IMG/VR virus record: IMGVR_UViG_2731957907_000001 | Coordinates: 1-64,000 of that record | Length of the DNA: 64,000 nt | From: a virus | Lineage: Duplodnaviria; Caudoviricetes | Strand: one strand, 5' to 3' | In this document: positions 39,106 to 48,639 of the stretch, piece after piece | Numbering within the stretch: position 1 is the stretch's first letter | Layout: each line of letters begins with the position of its first letter | The notes under the pieces: model-generated | Seen by the model: the letters and a program-made list of their open reading frames with translations, nothing else | What the model was told of the DNA's origin: nothing | Database searches by the model: none | Made by a program: the position numbers and the translations under genes

Positions 39106-40734
39106 ATGACCGTTCCATTTTCGCGCACTGTAGACAAACGCTCTGCTGTGCAGCTGAACCCGATCAACGATAAATCCGAGCAGCCAAGCGTCTCGACCGT
39201 CGCTCACAACATGGCCATCACAGGTCGTTTCAACCGCGGTCGAATCGACAAGGTATTCGCCGTCAGCCGCGGCAAGGAAGCGCGGGTGCTGGGGGCGCCT
39301 CAGTCCCTGTCCGTCAGCAAGCTGGGCGAGGCCTATGTCCATATCACCGAGGCCCTGAAGAAGGGCACGGTGCAGGCGATCGTTTCGCGCCTGGTCAGCG
39401 ACTCGGCCAAAAACCAGCTGATGGTGGCGAGTGCCGTCAAAAGCACCGCCGATGTGTGGACGCTGGTAGATGAGGAAGCCGGCGCATCCGGCGGGTACCT
39501 CATTGCCCTTAAACACCTCGAGTGTTTCTCGGAAGGTGTGCGCGCAGAAATTCATGCGCGTGTGACCTTGGACAGCACCGGGACCGCCGTAGACACCAAG
39601 ACCATCGTGCTGCAGCTGCGTGATGTGGTCAGCAACGCCATCGTTCTGGGCCCCTATGAGGGCTCGCTGGACCCAACGGCTCTCGATGAGTTCGGCCAGA
39701 GCGCATACATCGGTGACATCGTTTCTCAGTCCACCGATCTGCTGGAGGTAGTCGATGTAGCCGATAACGCAAGCGTTGCCCCTGACTGCGTGTTCTACGG
39801 CAAGAAGGACAACAAAGACGTCTTCGCCTCCAAGGACCTGAAGTACTTCACCGAAGGCGACACGGTTTACACCACAGCCGAGCTCGACAAGGCCATCAAC
39901 CGTCTCAAACGCTCGCGCCCGTCCTTCACCTACATCTGCTCCGGCGGTACCGAAAACGTTGCCCTGATCAGCCGTCTGCTGGGCCTGGGTGCGGACATCA
40001 ACAAACAGGTAGCGTGGGACATTCCAGGCCGGATGACCCCAGAAGCCGCCAAGGTCTTCTACGAATCCGTTGGCGGCGCCACCGACAGCATCTACAGCCA
40101 GGCCTACTGGGCCCCCATCAGCGCCAACAACCCTGTCATCGGCGGCAAGGCGATCATGGGCACCTCTGGCCAGCAGATCGGTTACCGCTGCGCGCGTAAC
40201 GCCCAGACCAACGCAAAAGGCATTGCACCGCGCAATTTCCCGATCGCGGGCAGCGATTACGCGGTAGACCGCATCAACATGACGCAGGTCTACGAGCCAG
40301 AAGTAGACGAGCTGGAAATGCTCGCCGGCAGCCGTATCAACCCGGTGATCTTCATGGATTACCCGAGTGGGCCGAAATACGCCTGGATCGATTCGTTGAC
40401 CGGTGCTCAGACCAACGGCGCTACCAAGCTGATCAGCGTGACTGAAATGGCCACTTATGTGGATGACACGCTCGCATCCGCTGCGCAGGAAAAGCTGCAG
40501 AAACCGATGGCGACCGCCATCGAGGATATGACCAAGTTCGCAGGCACCTTCCTGGCTGCCCTGCAGTCGGCCAAGTGGCTCCAGCCAAGCGCGGAGTTGG
40601 GGGGCGCTTGCTACTCGGCCTCCTTCGAGCCGAACGCGGCAAATCCTTTCGAGAAAATGGATATGAGCACTTCGATCTGCTACGACGGCAACGCCCGCGT
40701 CATCGAAATGCAGCAGTCCATCGTCCGCAAATAA
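39106..40734 (+). CDS. Tail sheath protein (P1 gp22-like)
   Basis: 542 aa; GRFNRGRIDK, FPIAG, L...RINPV typical of contractile sheaths. Confidence 0.8.
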   Translation: MTVPFSRTVDKRSAVQLNPINDKSEQPSVSTVAHNMAITGRFNRGRIDKVFAVSRGKEARVLGAPQSLSVSKLGEAYVHITEALKKGTVQAIVSRLVSDSAKNQLMVASAVKSTADVWTLVDEEAGASGGYLIALKHLECFSEGVRAEIHARVTLDSTGTAVDTKTIVLQLRDVVSNAIVLGPYEGSLDPTALDEFGQSAYIGDIVSQSTDLLEVVDVADNASVAPDCVFYGKKDNKDVFASKDLKYFTEGDTVYTTAELDKAINRLKRSRPSFTYICSGGTENVALISRLLGLGADINKQVAWDIPGRMTPEAAKVFYESVGGATDSIYSQAYWAPISANNPVIGGKAIMGTSGQQIGYRCARNAQTNAKGIAPRNFPIAGSDYAVDRINMTQVYEPEVDELEMLAGSRINPVIFMDYPSGPKYAWIDSLTGAQTNGATKLISVTEMATYVDDTLASAAQEKLQKPMATAIEDMTKFAGTFLAALQSAKWLQPSAELGGACYSASFEPNAANPFEKMDMSTSICYDGNARVIEMQQSIVRK

Positions 40735-40744
40735 GGGGCAATCC

Positions 40745-41503
40745 ATGACACAGCTTTATCGCAAAGTCCTGAATACTCACCAGGCGGTATCTGAGGCATT
40801 CGCCTCTGCCCAGGCAGCGCCGCCGGCTCAACCAGATCCGGCTACGCTGCTGGACGGGGTAGATGAGCACGGCAACCCGAAGCCAACGCCAGAAACTGCG
40901 CCACTGCTCGATAGCGTGAACGATGCGGAATTCGTGGTAACCGATGAAATGCGGCTCGACGCTGCCAACGTCGTGCGCGAATGGGCCGACTCCGAATTGG
41001 AATCGGGCGAAGGCTTTGCCGATCGCCTGTACGCCTTGATCATCGGCGCCGCCGGCGGCGGTGATGAAGACCTGACCGATGACGAAGCGGACTATGCCGC
41101 AGCGCTCGCGGAGCTGGTCGGGGACTACCTGGAAGGGAAGGGCATCCCTAGCGAAGACGTGGACACGCTCCTGGAAGGCGACCTGGAAGACAATGACCTG
41201 GCCACTCGCATCCACGATGCGCTGCTGGACGCCATGCCGCAGGGCGATGACGCCATGCTCGATGACGCCGAGAAGTTCGTTTGGGGCGAAACCGAGGAAA
41301 ACATGCTCGATGCGACCTATCGCAAGGTACTGGCCGTTCGCGCAGGCAAGAAGGTCCGCATCAAGAAGCGCGTGGCGGGCACGGTCCGGCTCACCGCAGC
41401 GCAGAAGGTAGCGGTGAAAAAGATGCAACGCCGGGCATTCTCCGGTACCGCCAAAATGAAGCGCGCTCGCTCGATGCGCCTTCGCCGCAAGCTGATCGGT
41501 TGA
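40745..41503 (+). CDS. Prohead core/internal protein-like (P1 gp21 position)
   Basis: Acidic body with six xLD motifs and a very basic C-terminal ~60 aa. Confidence 0.6.
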   Translation: MTQLYRKVLNTHQAVSEAFASAQAAPPAQPDPATLLDGVDEHGNPKPTPETAPLLDSVNDAEFVVTDEMRLDAANVVREWADSELESGEGFADRLYALIIGAAGGGDEDLTDDEADYAAALAELVGDYLEGKGIPSEDVDTLLEGDLEDNDLATRIHDALLDAMPQGDDAMLDDAEKFVWGETEENMLDATYRKVLAVRAGKKVRIKKRVAGTVRLTAAQKVAVKKMQRRAFSGTAKMKRARSMRLRRKLIG

Positions 41504-41506
41504 TCC

Positions 41507-42682
41507 ATGGTTGATTTTAGCGTCGATGGACTTGGCAAGACGGTCGGGGGGGCCGTCAAGAGCGTTACCGGCACAGTTGCCGGAAGCACGTCCAACAAGG
41601 TGCTAGGGTCAGCCGCAAAGTACCTGGACTCCACCGGCAGCAACGTGATCAAGGGCGCTGTGGCATCCGCTACAGACGCCCTGGACACAGCGGTCGGCGG
41701 TACCGCGAACCGCCAGGCAATCGAATCGGCGGCTCGCACGGTTACCGGTACCGTGCAGGACCTGTTCACCGGCAAGCAAACCATCACCGGTGTTGTAAGC
41801 CAGGTCGAAAACAAGGTGGGCACGCTGTTCGGTGACATTGGGTCGACCAGCAACCCGATCGGCACCATTCTGGGTAGTGTCGGCGGCTTATCTGGCCTGA
41901 GGCTGTCCAACAACGATCTGGGCAGCGACTGGGGCAACCTGTCGCCCCTGTTGCTGGCCCGGGTCTTCGTGTGCGACTCGAAGGGCGTGGCCGACATCCA
42001 GGAATATGCCGGCGTCTATGGTGCGATGACCGAGGGTGCTGTCTCCATCCAGCAAAACTGGCAATCACCCTTTGAGAATACAGGGCCTGAGACGAAGGCG
42101 CCGGCGCTGGCCGGCATGCTGCAGTCCGGGTCCCTGGTACCAGTGCTGAACGCGCTGCAGGCCATCAGCCCTTTCAAAGATGGGGCAATCTCTGATGCGC
42201 TCAATGCCAGCTCCGACAAGCTGAAAACGGTTATGCGCGATCTGGAAGGGCGGACAGGCATTACCAAGCTCAACAGTAGGCAGGTGTTCTCTGGGATGCC
42301 GCCGGTGAAGTTCACCGCCACCATCCGCTTTAGGGCGCTGGCCAGCGCTGAGAAAGAGGTCATGGCCCCCCTGGCCAGGCTTCTGGAGTGGGTGTTCCCA
42401 CAGATGCTGGCTGAAGACGGCATTCTGTCCGAGGTGCTACAGACGACCAAGGACGTGGATTCGTTCATTAAGGCCCTGTTCCCATCCATTGCCCCCAAGC
42501 TGCTGGGGCTGACCTATGGCGGGAGCACCTACGCGCCTGTGGTGATTGAAAGCGTGGACTACCCGCTTGACGCTCCCAAGGACGAGAACGGCAATTTCAT
42601 CGACCTTCCGGTGCAGATTTCATTCGCCACCCTGACAGCCCTGGACCGGGCGGATATCAAGCGCTGGTTCAACCGCCGATAA
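41507..42682 (+). CDS. Tail tube initiator / baseplate protein (PmgG-like)
   Basis: NWQSPFEN, QVFSGMPP, VVIESV.YPLD; P1 synteny. Confidence 0.6.
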   Translation: MVDFSVDGLGKTVGGAVKSVTGTVAGSTSNKVLGSAAKYLDSTGSNVIKGAVASATDALDTAVGGTANRQAIESAARTVTGTVQDLFTGKQTITGVVSQVENKVGTLFGDIGSTSNPIGTILGSVGGLSGLRLSNNDLGSDWGNLSPLLLARVFVCDSKGVADIQEYAGVYGAMTEGAVSIQQNWQSPFENTGPETKAPALAGMLQSGSLVPVLNALQAISPFKDGAISDALNASSDKLKTVMRDLEGRTGITKLNSRQVFSGMPPVKFTATIRFRALASAEKEVMAPLARLLEWVFPQMLAEDGILSEVLQTTKDVDSFIKALFPSIAPKLLGLTYGGSTYAPVVIESVDYPLDAPKDENGNFIDLPVQISFATLTALDRADIKRWFNRR

Positions 42683-42685
42683 CGT

Positions 42686-42726
42686 GCAAACCCCCGGGAA
42701 ATCGGGGGTTTTTCACGTCTGACAAT
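42686..42726 (+). promoter_or_regulatory. Putative late promoter
   Basis: GCAAACCCCCGGGAAAT box, GACAAT. Confidence 0.75.
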
Positions 42727-42761
42727 GGCCCTCGTTATTCAGCAAACCCGAGGGTTATTCA

Positions 42762-43235
42762 ATGACCGTTTCCAAGCATGCGGTACTGAGCCGCACGTTC
42801 CAGAACACCAACGACATGGGCGCCAAAGCGGTCCAGTCTGACGCTACGCTGGTGATCGATGGCTTCGAACACATGGTTCTGCAGTTCAAGCAGTTCCCCT
42901 GGCCTGTGGCGACCACTGGCGATGTGATCGAGTACTACGGCCCGGTTGGCCAAAAGATGGTCCAGCCGCAGCAGAGCAAGACCAAGCAAGAAGGCCCATT
43001 CACCATCTACGAAACCGTGGCAAACCACTGCGGCGAATTCCTGGCCCAGCTGATCGAGCAGGGCGGCGAGTTCAACGCGACCGTGTACGCCGGCCGCCCA
43101 GACGACTACAAGAAGAAGCACACGCTGCATAAGTGCATTCTGGTGGCCGATACCCCTGACCGCGACTGGGAAAACGATACCTCGCCTCTGATGGTCAGCG
43201 GCACCATGCACTACCACTGGTTCAACAACCAGTAA
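42762..43235 (+). CDS. Tail tube protein (BplB-like)
   Basis: 157 aa beta-rich, own late promoter, P1 synteny. Confidence 0.65.
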   Translation: MTVSKHAVLSRTFQNTNDMGAKAVQSDATLVIDGFEHMVLQFKQFPWPVATTGDVIEYYGPVGQKMVQPQQSKTKQEGPFTIYETVANHCGEFLAQLIEQGGEFNATVYAGRPDDYKKKHTLHKCILVADTPDRDWENDTSPLMVSGTMHYHWFNNQ

Positions 43236-43240
43236 TCGCC

Positions 43241-43645
43241 ATGAAAATCAGCCAATTAGTAGCCCAGTATTTCACGGTGCTGCCGATTGGCTGCGTGCTG
43301 GATGAGGACCAAGTGACCCGGAACCTGCGCGAAGCAGTGCGGGCGTACTGTGGGTACCGACGCCTCACCAATGCGCAGCCAGAAGCAGGAATCCATACTC
43401 CTATCGACGCGCAGGCAGGCGCCACCGGTGACCAGGACTTTGACCTGACGCCGAGTGAGCTGGCGTTGATCGAACCACTATGGCACCTCAAGAACGACAA
43501 AGAGAACGCTATCGCGTTTGAGGCCTCCCGCACCCAAGGCGCGGATCCGTTCGGCAAAACGGCTGCCGAATGCGATGCGGCCATTGCTGACTTCTTGCGC
43601 GAGCTCCCCAGCAAGAGCTTCAGCTTTGAGGTGAGGTCGATCTGA
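43241..43645 (+). CDS. Putative head-tail adaptor (PmgC position)
   Basis: Small helical protein; synteny only. Confidence 0.5.
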   Translation: MKISQLVAQYFTVLPIGCVLDEDQVTRNLREAVRAYCGYRRLTNAQPEAGIHTPIDAQAGATGDQDFDLTPSELALIEPLWHLKNDKENAIAFEASRTQGADPFGKTAAECDAAIADFLRELPSKSFSFEVRSI

Positions 43646-44337
43646 TGGCCAACATCTTCGAACGGATGGCTTACCAAGCGGCCAACAAGGTGATCCCGAA
43701 GATCGGGGTCAGCAGCAAGGTGCTCAAGTACTCCTCTGCCGCGCGCGACATCCTCAACGGCAATTTGCCCAGTGGTACGAACCGACTGCTCGATGCGGTC
43801 TACGGGCGGGCGTCAGGAAACATCATCCTGGCCGGCCTGTCCTGGCCCCAGCAAATCCAGATGTTCGAAGAAGCCAGCAGCATTGAGCGGGAGCGGACCA
43901 ACCTCTTTCACATCGATATTGCCCCTACCGGACGCATCAACGCCCCAAGGGTCAACCTGCTGGCCACCGAGGCCTCCTACAACCAGACCCAGTTGGGCTG
44001 GGATTCCGTCAAGATCGGCTCCGGCTTTAGCCAGGCGCCTACCGGTGCAGAGGCTACTGAGCTGCGCTTGGTGACGTATGACGTGGACGGTGAAATCAAG
44101 CAATGGTTTGACCAGCTCAAGGCCACCGTAGCCCACGGAGACGGTACCTATGGCCTGCCCACTGAATACTGCAACACCATCACCGTGACGCACGGCGCCG
44201 TGTTGGAGGGGCGAGGCTACGCGAAGTCCTGGGTCATGGTGCCAGGTACTTGTGAGGTCAACCTGCAGCGCAGCACCGATGACTTTACCGCGCTGAATCT
44301 CACTTTCATTGAATTCGACTACTTTGGCAGCCTATGA
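43645..44337 (+). CDS. Tube-fold baseplate protein (P1 Tub-like)
   Basis: IKQWFD...DGTYGLP.EY motif; synteny. Confidence 0.6.
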   Translation: MANIFERMAYQAANKVIPKIGVSSKVLKYSSAARDILNGNLPSGTNRLLDAVYGRASGNIILAGLSWPQQIQMFEEASSIERERTNLFHIDIAPTGRINAPRVNLLATEASYNQTQLGWDSVKIGSGFSQAPTGAEATELRLVTYDVDGEIKQWFDQLKATVAHGDGTYGLPTEYCNTITVTHGAVLEGRGYAKSWVMVPGTCEVNLQRSTDDFTALNLTFIEFDYFGSL

Positions 44338-45092
44338 AATACATCCCGCCGATCAACACCGCCCGTATTTCCGTCGAGCTCCATGAGCCTGACATGGACA
44401 GCAATGAGCGCACGCTGGAAATCCCTGCGCAGTTCGAGCAGCGCACCGCCACCGAGCTACTGCGCGGCATCATCAAACCGATCGAGCGCCCGGGCGCGAT
44501 CGCTGATCCCCGCATGTGGTCCGTGAACGAGCGAATGTTTGTCATCGCCTCGTACATGAGTGCTACCCGGGAGGATGGCCCGAATTTTCCGATCGGAGAG
44601 GGCACATTCAGTGACTACCTGCTCGATGGTACCGATTATGTGGCGGAGGTCCTGTTCGAGTGCGACGGGCGCGCGCTGGTTTATTCGCCCTTGCACGGCT
44701 ACCAGGCTGAGGTAATCGAGACACTGCTGGCGGCCGGGAACTACTCCAATACGGCTTACAGCTGGTGGAAAGCCTGCATTGCAGCCTGTGTCCGCGGTGC
44801 TGATGAGGAGCCGCTTCCATACCGCGACGATGCCCAATACGAAGCGCTCCTGGTGGGGCGTATCGAGTCTGTGGGGCGGCTGAGCGATAGCGCATTCGTT
44901 GAGCTGTTCGACGCCTACCAGGTGGCGGCGCAGAGTGGTGCGCACATGGTGTATGCCATCACAAACGCCTACGGCGTCCTTGCCGCGCAAGTTAGCGAGC
45001 CGTCAGAGGGGGTGCCGGAGCTCGCTCCGGCCCGATTTCCTGCCCGTTCCGCAATCAGCCGGCGAGCGCGTGAAATTATGGGAGTCCTTTAA
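44334..45092 (+). CDS. Tail/baseplate assembly protein (PmgB position)
   Basis: DPRMWSVNER motif; synteny. Confidence 0.55.
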   Translation: MKYIPPINTARISVELHEPDMDSNERTLEIPAQFEQRTATELLRGIIKPIERPGAIADPRMWSVNERMFVIASYMSATREDGPNFPIGEGTFSDYLLDGTDYVAEVLFECDGRALVYSPLHGYQAEVIETLLAAGNYSNTAYSWWKACIAACVRGADEEPLPYRDDAQYEALLVGRIESVGRLSDSAFVELFDAYQVAAQSGAHMVYAITNAYGVLAAQVSEPSEGVPELAPARFPARSAISRRAREIMGVL

Positions 45093-45327
45093 CAACACCC
45101 GCGCAGAATTGGCGCTGTACTTTGGCCAGGATCTGGCCCAGTGCGGGAAGCTGACGTACTCACGCATCAAGCAGCTGTTCGATAGCAAACCCTTCGACAA
45201 CTGGCGGCAAACCCGTGAGAACGAAGCCAAGGCGCGGGCCGCTGAATTCCAGCGGTTGGACGCCATCATCAAGTCCATTGGCAATCAATCCCAGCTGATA
45301 GCCGATATCGCACGCAAGCGCGGCTGA
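45070..45327 (+). CDS. Small hypothetical protein (tail chaperone-like)
   Basis: Fills gap before the lysis promoter; GTG start uncertain. Confidence 0.5.
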   Translation: MKLWESFNNTRAELALYFGQDLAQCGKLTYSRIKQLFDSKPFDNWRQTRENEAKARAAEFQRLDAIIKSIGNQSQLIADIARKRG

Positions 45328-45332
45328 TCCGC

Positions 45333-45373
45333 GCAAACCCCCGAAAATCGCGGGCTCCCAGGCCAGTGAAAAT
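45333..45373 (+). promoter_or_regulatory. Putative late promoter of lysis cassette
   Basis: GCAAACCCCCGAAAAT box, GAAAAT. Confidence 0.75.
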
Positions 45374-45407
45374 GGCGCCATCGAACATGACTCATCGGGG
45401 CGCCAAG

Positions 45408-45719
45408 ATGGCCGCGGAAGCAAAAAAACTGATCGACCATCCCGCGGCCAAGTGGCTGATGGGGGTCATGCAGGCCCTGGCGGTGACCATCATCGTGGGC
45501 ACTGCCAACAGCGTGGGCGACAAGCTCAATAGCATCATCAGCTCCCTGGCAGCGTTCAACAAGGATATGGCCTTGCTGCAACAGCAGGTGAACCTGAACA
45601 CCAATGGCCTGGCTGGCCAGAAAACCGACGTAGAGCAGCTGAAGGCCAATGTTCTTCGCCTGGATATGCGGGTCGAGCAGCTGGAGCGGGCCGATCGAGG
45701 AGGCAAGAGTGGGCGCTAA
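45408..45719 (+). CDS. Membrane protein with coiled coil (holin/antiholin-like)
   Basis: One TM segment then coiled coil; first gene of lysis operon. Confidence 0.55.
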   Translation: MAAEAKKLIDHPAAKWLMGVMQALAVTIIVGTANSVGDKLNSIISSLAAFNKDMALLQQQVNLNTNGLAGQKTDVEQLKANVLRLDMRVEQLERADRGGKSGR

Positions 45720-45960
45720 GCAGGTCAAGTCCTGGGCTCAGACGCTCAAGCCATACAACACCTGGTTGATTTTCCTGGGCTTCGGCCTGGACGGCCTGGT
45801 TGTGGCTTGGGCCTACATGGATGGCCAGCTTCCGCCGGCGTTGTACGGCGCGATCACCGGGCTGCTCAAAGCGGCCAACTTGGGCATCCACTTCATCAAC
45901 AAGAAGGTGAGTGAGGAGGTTGAAGATGGGGAGCAAGAAGCCAACCCAGAAGGAAGCTGA
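45709..45960 (+). CDS. Putative holin
   Basis: GAGGAGG RBS, two hydrophobic segments, acidic tail, precedes endolysin. Confidence 0.6.
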   Translation: MGAKQVKSWAQTLKPYNTWLIFLGFGLDGLVVAWAYMDGQLPPALYGAITGLLKAANLGIHFINKKVSEEVEDGEQEANPEGS

Positions 45961-46513
45961 GGCTTCGATCCGGCGGGTAGCCAGCAAGAAGGGCGTGAGT
46001 GTGCTGGTGCTGGCCATCGCGCTGGGCGCATCAGTGAAAGAGGGGATCAGCCTGGTTGTCTACGACGACGGGCTAGGCATTCCCACCACCTGCTTCGGCC
46101 AGACTGGCCGTGATGTGCAGTTTGGCCAGGCGCCGCGCTCGATCGATGGCTGCAGCGAACAGCTGTTGGCCCGCACTCAAGCCAGCATTGACCACTTGGA
46201 CCGGCGGATTGGATTCATTCCTACACCAGGTGGGAATCTGACATTCAAGCAGCTGACTGCAGGTGAGCAGCGGGCCTATGTGTCAATTTACGACAACGTT
46301 GGCGATGGTCGCTATGGCACGAAAGACGGGCTGTTCGCCCAGAAAAAGGCCGATCGAGTGAGCCGAATTGTTCAGCACCTGCGCGCCGGCCACCGCCAGG
46401 CTGCGTGCAAGTCCATCCTTGATTGGACCCAGCCAGCATGGATGCCAGGCATCAAGATCCGCCGCGAGAGTGAAAACAAGCTCTGCCTGAGTGAGCTGAA
46501 GGTGGCGGGATGA
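45926..46513 (+). CDS. SAR-type endolysin (GH24 lysozyme)
   Basis: E-X8-D-X5-T catalytic triad (EGISLVVYDDGLGIPT), weakly hydrophobic N-terminal segment, G...RR..E..LC. Confidence 0.85.
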   Translation: MGSKKPTQKEAEASIRRVASKKGVSVLVLAIALGASVKEGISLVVYDDGLGIPTTCFGQTGRDVQFGQAPRSIDGCSEQLLARTQASIDHLDRRIGFIPTPGGNLTFKQLTAGEQRAYVSIYDNVGDGRYGTKDGLFAQKKADRVSRIVQHLRAGHRQAACKSILDWTQPAWMPGIKIRRESENKLCLSELKVAG

Positions 46514-46863
46514 ATGTAAGCGACGTGCTGCTGTGGGGTGCTTTGGGCGCCCTGGTGTGTGGATATGCCTTGAATGAAGCCTATGACGCTGGCGTTGCTT
46601 CCGGGAGCGTACTGCTCAATACCGTCACTGCAGACTTGGGCACCGCGCGTAGCAACCTTCAGACGTTAAAGGACGAGCTCGAGGACGCCAACCGTAAGGT
46701 CGCCGCCCACCAAGCTGGCGGCATGAAAGACGAGGCAGCGAAGTCCCAACTGCAACAGCAGGCCCAGGGCAACGCTGAAAGAGGTCAGGCCCGCGTCGAA
46801 GCTGCCAAGACCATCAAAACCAGCACTGACGACGTGCTGCGCACCTACTGGGAGGCGCAATGA
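46510..46863 (+). CDS. i-spanin (Rz-like)
   Basis: N-terminal TM plus coiled coil after endolysin. Confidence 0.65.
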   Translation: MNVSDVLLWGALGALVCGYALNEAYDAGVASGSVLLNTVTADLGTARSNLQTLKDELEDANRKVAAHQAGGMKDEAAKSQLQQQAQGNAERGQARVEAAKTIKTSTDDVLRTYWEAQ

Positions 46864-47165
46864 AAGCGCTGCAGCGATCCTCGGCAGCAGTGGTGCTCAT
46901 GATGCTTTGCGCGTGCTCGAGCACACATCGCGAATTTGAGCCGAGAATGGAAGTGGTCGAAAAGTTGGTGCCTCAGCGCTGCATTGACCCGGACGAGGTC
47001 CCAGATTCGCCTGTGTATCAGGCGAGAACCGGGCCCTACGTGCCGGTAGAGTCAGCCAAGATCCTAGTGGCTGACTTGGAGGCCGCAAAGGCCTACGCCG
47101 AAAAGCTCGCCGCGCTTCTGCCGCCGTGCTTGCGCAAACGGGTGACTTTGGACAATGCCGATTGA
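46860..47165 (+). CDS. o-spanin lipoprotein (Rz1-like)
   Basis: Signal peptide with lipobox LCAC; Pro/Cys-containing periplasmic part. Confidence 0.7.
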   Translation: MKALQRSSAAVVLMMLCACSSTHREFEPRMEVVEKLVPQRCIDPDEVPDSPVYQARTGPYVPVESAKILVADLEAAKAYAEKLAALLPPCLRKRVTLDNAD

Positions 47166-48322
47166 GGCGATTGACGGGTTGGGCTGGTTGCAAACTGGCC
47201 CCAGTCGTCCATCAATAGCCTGCGCTTTTCCAATTGTGTGCCGCGCATATATCGTTTGGAAACAGCGTTTCCAACTTCATGCGAAAGTGCCGCTTCGCAT
47301 ACTTCCGACTCATGCTTAGTTTGCTCCTGCGCCCAAGTACGGAACGTTGCCCTGAACCCATGGGGCGTGCATTCCATGTCCATTTTCTTGAGTAATCTGC
47401 GCAAGGAATTGTCGGCCATCAATTTATCCATATTCCGACCTGGGAATATGAGGAAACTGCTTCCACGCGTACCGGTTTCCTTCAGAACCTGAATGGCTTC
47501 TTCACTCAACGGGACCACATGCTGTTCGCGGTTTTTCATCCGCTCAGCCGGAATCGTCCAGGTCATACGCTCGAAATCTATCTCATCCCAACGGGCGGCC
47601 ATGGCCTCGTTGGTGCGTGTGCCGGTGAGGATCAGGAACTGGAGGCAGCGCGCGGCGCGGCCTTCCTCGTTGTCGAGGCGTTGCCAGAACTCTGGCAATT
47701 GATGGTAATCAAGTGACTCTAGCGGCACTGCGACTGGGTAGCCGCGATCTAGCAGGTTCTGCAGGTGACCACGCCAGCGGGCTGGATTCGGTCCGTCGCG
47801 GTGGCCCAATGTCTTCTCCGCATCAAGCACCTGCTCAATTCGGTTACGAATGCGGCGTGCCGACTCGGGGATAGTGCGCCAAATAGGTTCAAGCACCGGC
47901 AATATATCGTCAGTGTCGATCTTATTTACCGGTATATTGCCAATTTTGGAATAAACATGATTTTCCATCGAGCTCGCCCACTGTGACGCATGCGTAGGCG
48001 ACCAAGCAGCACGGTATCGCTCAATGAAAGAGCGCGCAGCTTGCTCGAAGGTAACTACTTGCAAAGCGGCCATTTGCTTCTCATCGAGAGGATCAATGCC
48101 GCGTGCAACTAACGCTTTGAGTTCGGCCAGCTTCTTTCGAGCTTCCATCACCGATACTTCAGGAAACGAGCCAAGTCCCTTATCACGACGACGGCCGTTA
48201 ATCTGGTACCGGTAGACCCAGTTCTTGCTAAGCGTTTCCGTGACGTTGAGGTACAGGCCGTTCTTATCCTGGTACCGGCCCGGCTGGCTTATCTTGGGAA
48301 TAGCCGTTTGACTTAGGGACAT
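47093..48322 (-). CDS. int: P4-type tyrosine integrase with arm-binding domain
   Basis: GLYLNV...WVYRY...GLGSFPEVS; LTGTRTNE, HGFRATFRTW, LSH...Y. Confidence 0.92.
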   Translation of the reverse strand: MSLSQTAIPKISQPGRYQDKNGLYLNVTETLSKNWVYRYQINGRRRDKGLGSFPEVSVMEARKKLAELKALVARGIDPLDEKQMAALQVVTFEQAARSFIERYRAAWSPTHASQWASSMENHVYSKIGNIPVNKIDTDDILPVLEPIWRTIPESARRIRNRIEQVLDAEKTLGHRDGPNPARWRGHLQNLLDRGYPVAVPLESLDYHQLPEFWQRLDNEEGRAARCLQFLILTGTRTNEAMAARWDEIDFERMTWTIPAERMKNREQHVVPLSEEAIQVLKETGTRGSSFLIFPGRNMDKLMADNSLRRLLKKMDMECTPHGFRATFRTWAQEQTKHESEVCEAALSHEVGNAVSKRYMRGTQLEKRRLLMDDWGQFATSPTRQSPQSALSKVTRLRKHGGRSAASFSA

Positions 48323-48639
48323 GGTTTTCTGCCTTTATGCGTAGGTGTGTTACGACGTGTTGTGAGGCGTTCCGTGTCATGTGGGTTTTCCAGGTACAGA
48401 TTTAGACGTCAGATTTTGAAAAGCGGGGGTGCTAGGGCCCCACTGCGGCGCAAATTGTGCCATTTGTTCCGGGGATATAATATCCCCGGCCTTTTTTGGC
48501 CCAGCCCCCACACTACGGGGCGTTTGGGCCTGCCACGCTATTTGAAACCCACACACTGTCCCACAACGGCCGTTGCGTTGTTTGTAGAGTGTGGCCTCTA
48601 AAGGTTCCCCTGTGAAGACGTTTTCCCGATGAGCGGTAT

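Noticed and set aside
39031-40746. Long antisense ORFs opposite sheath, capsid, portal and baseplate genes
   Set aside because: Typical shadow ORFs of GC-rich, codon-biased genes; no RBS or motifs.
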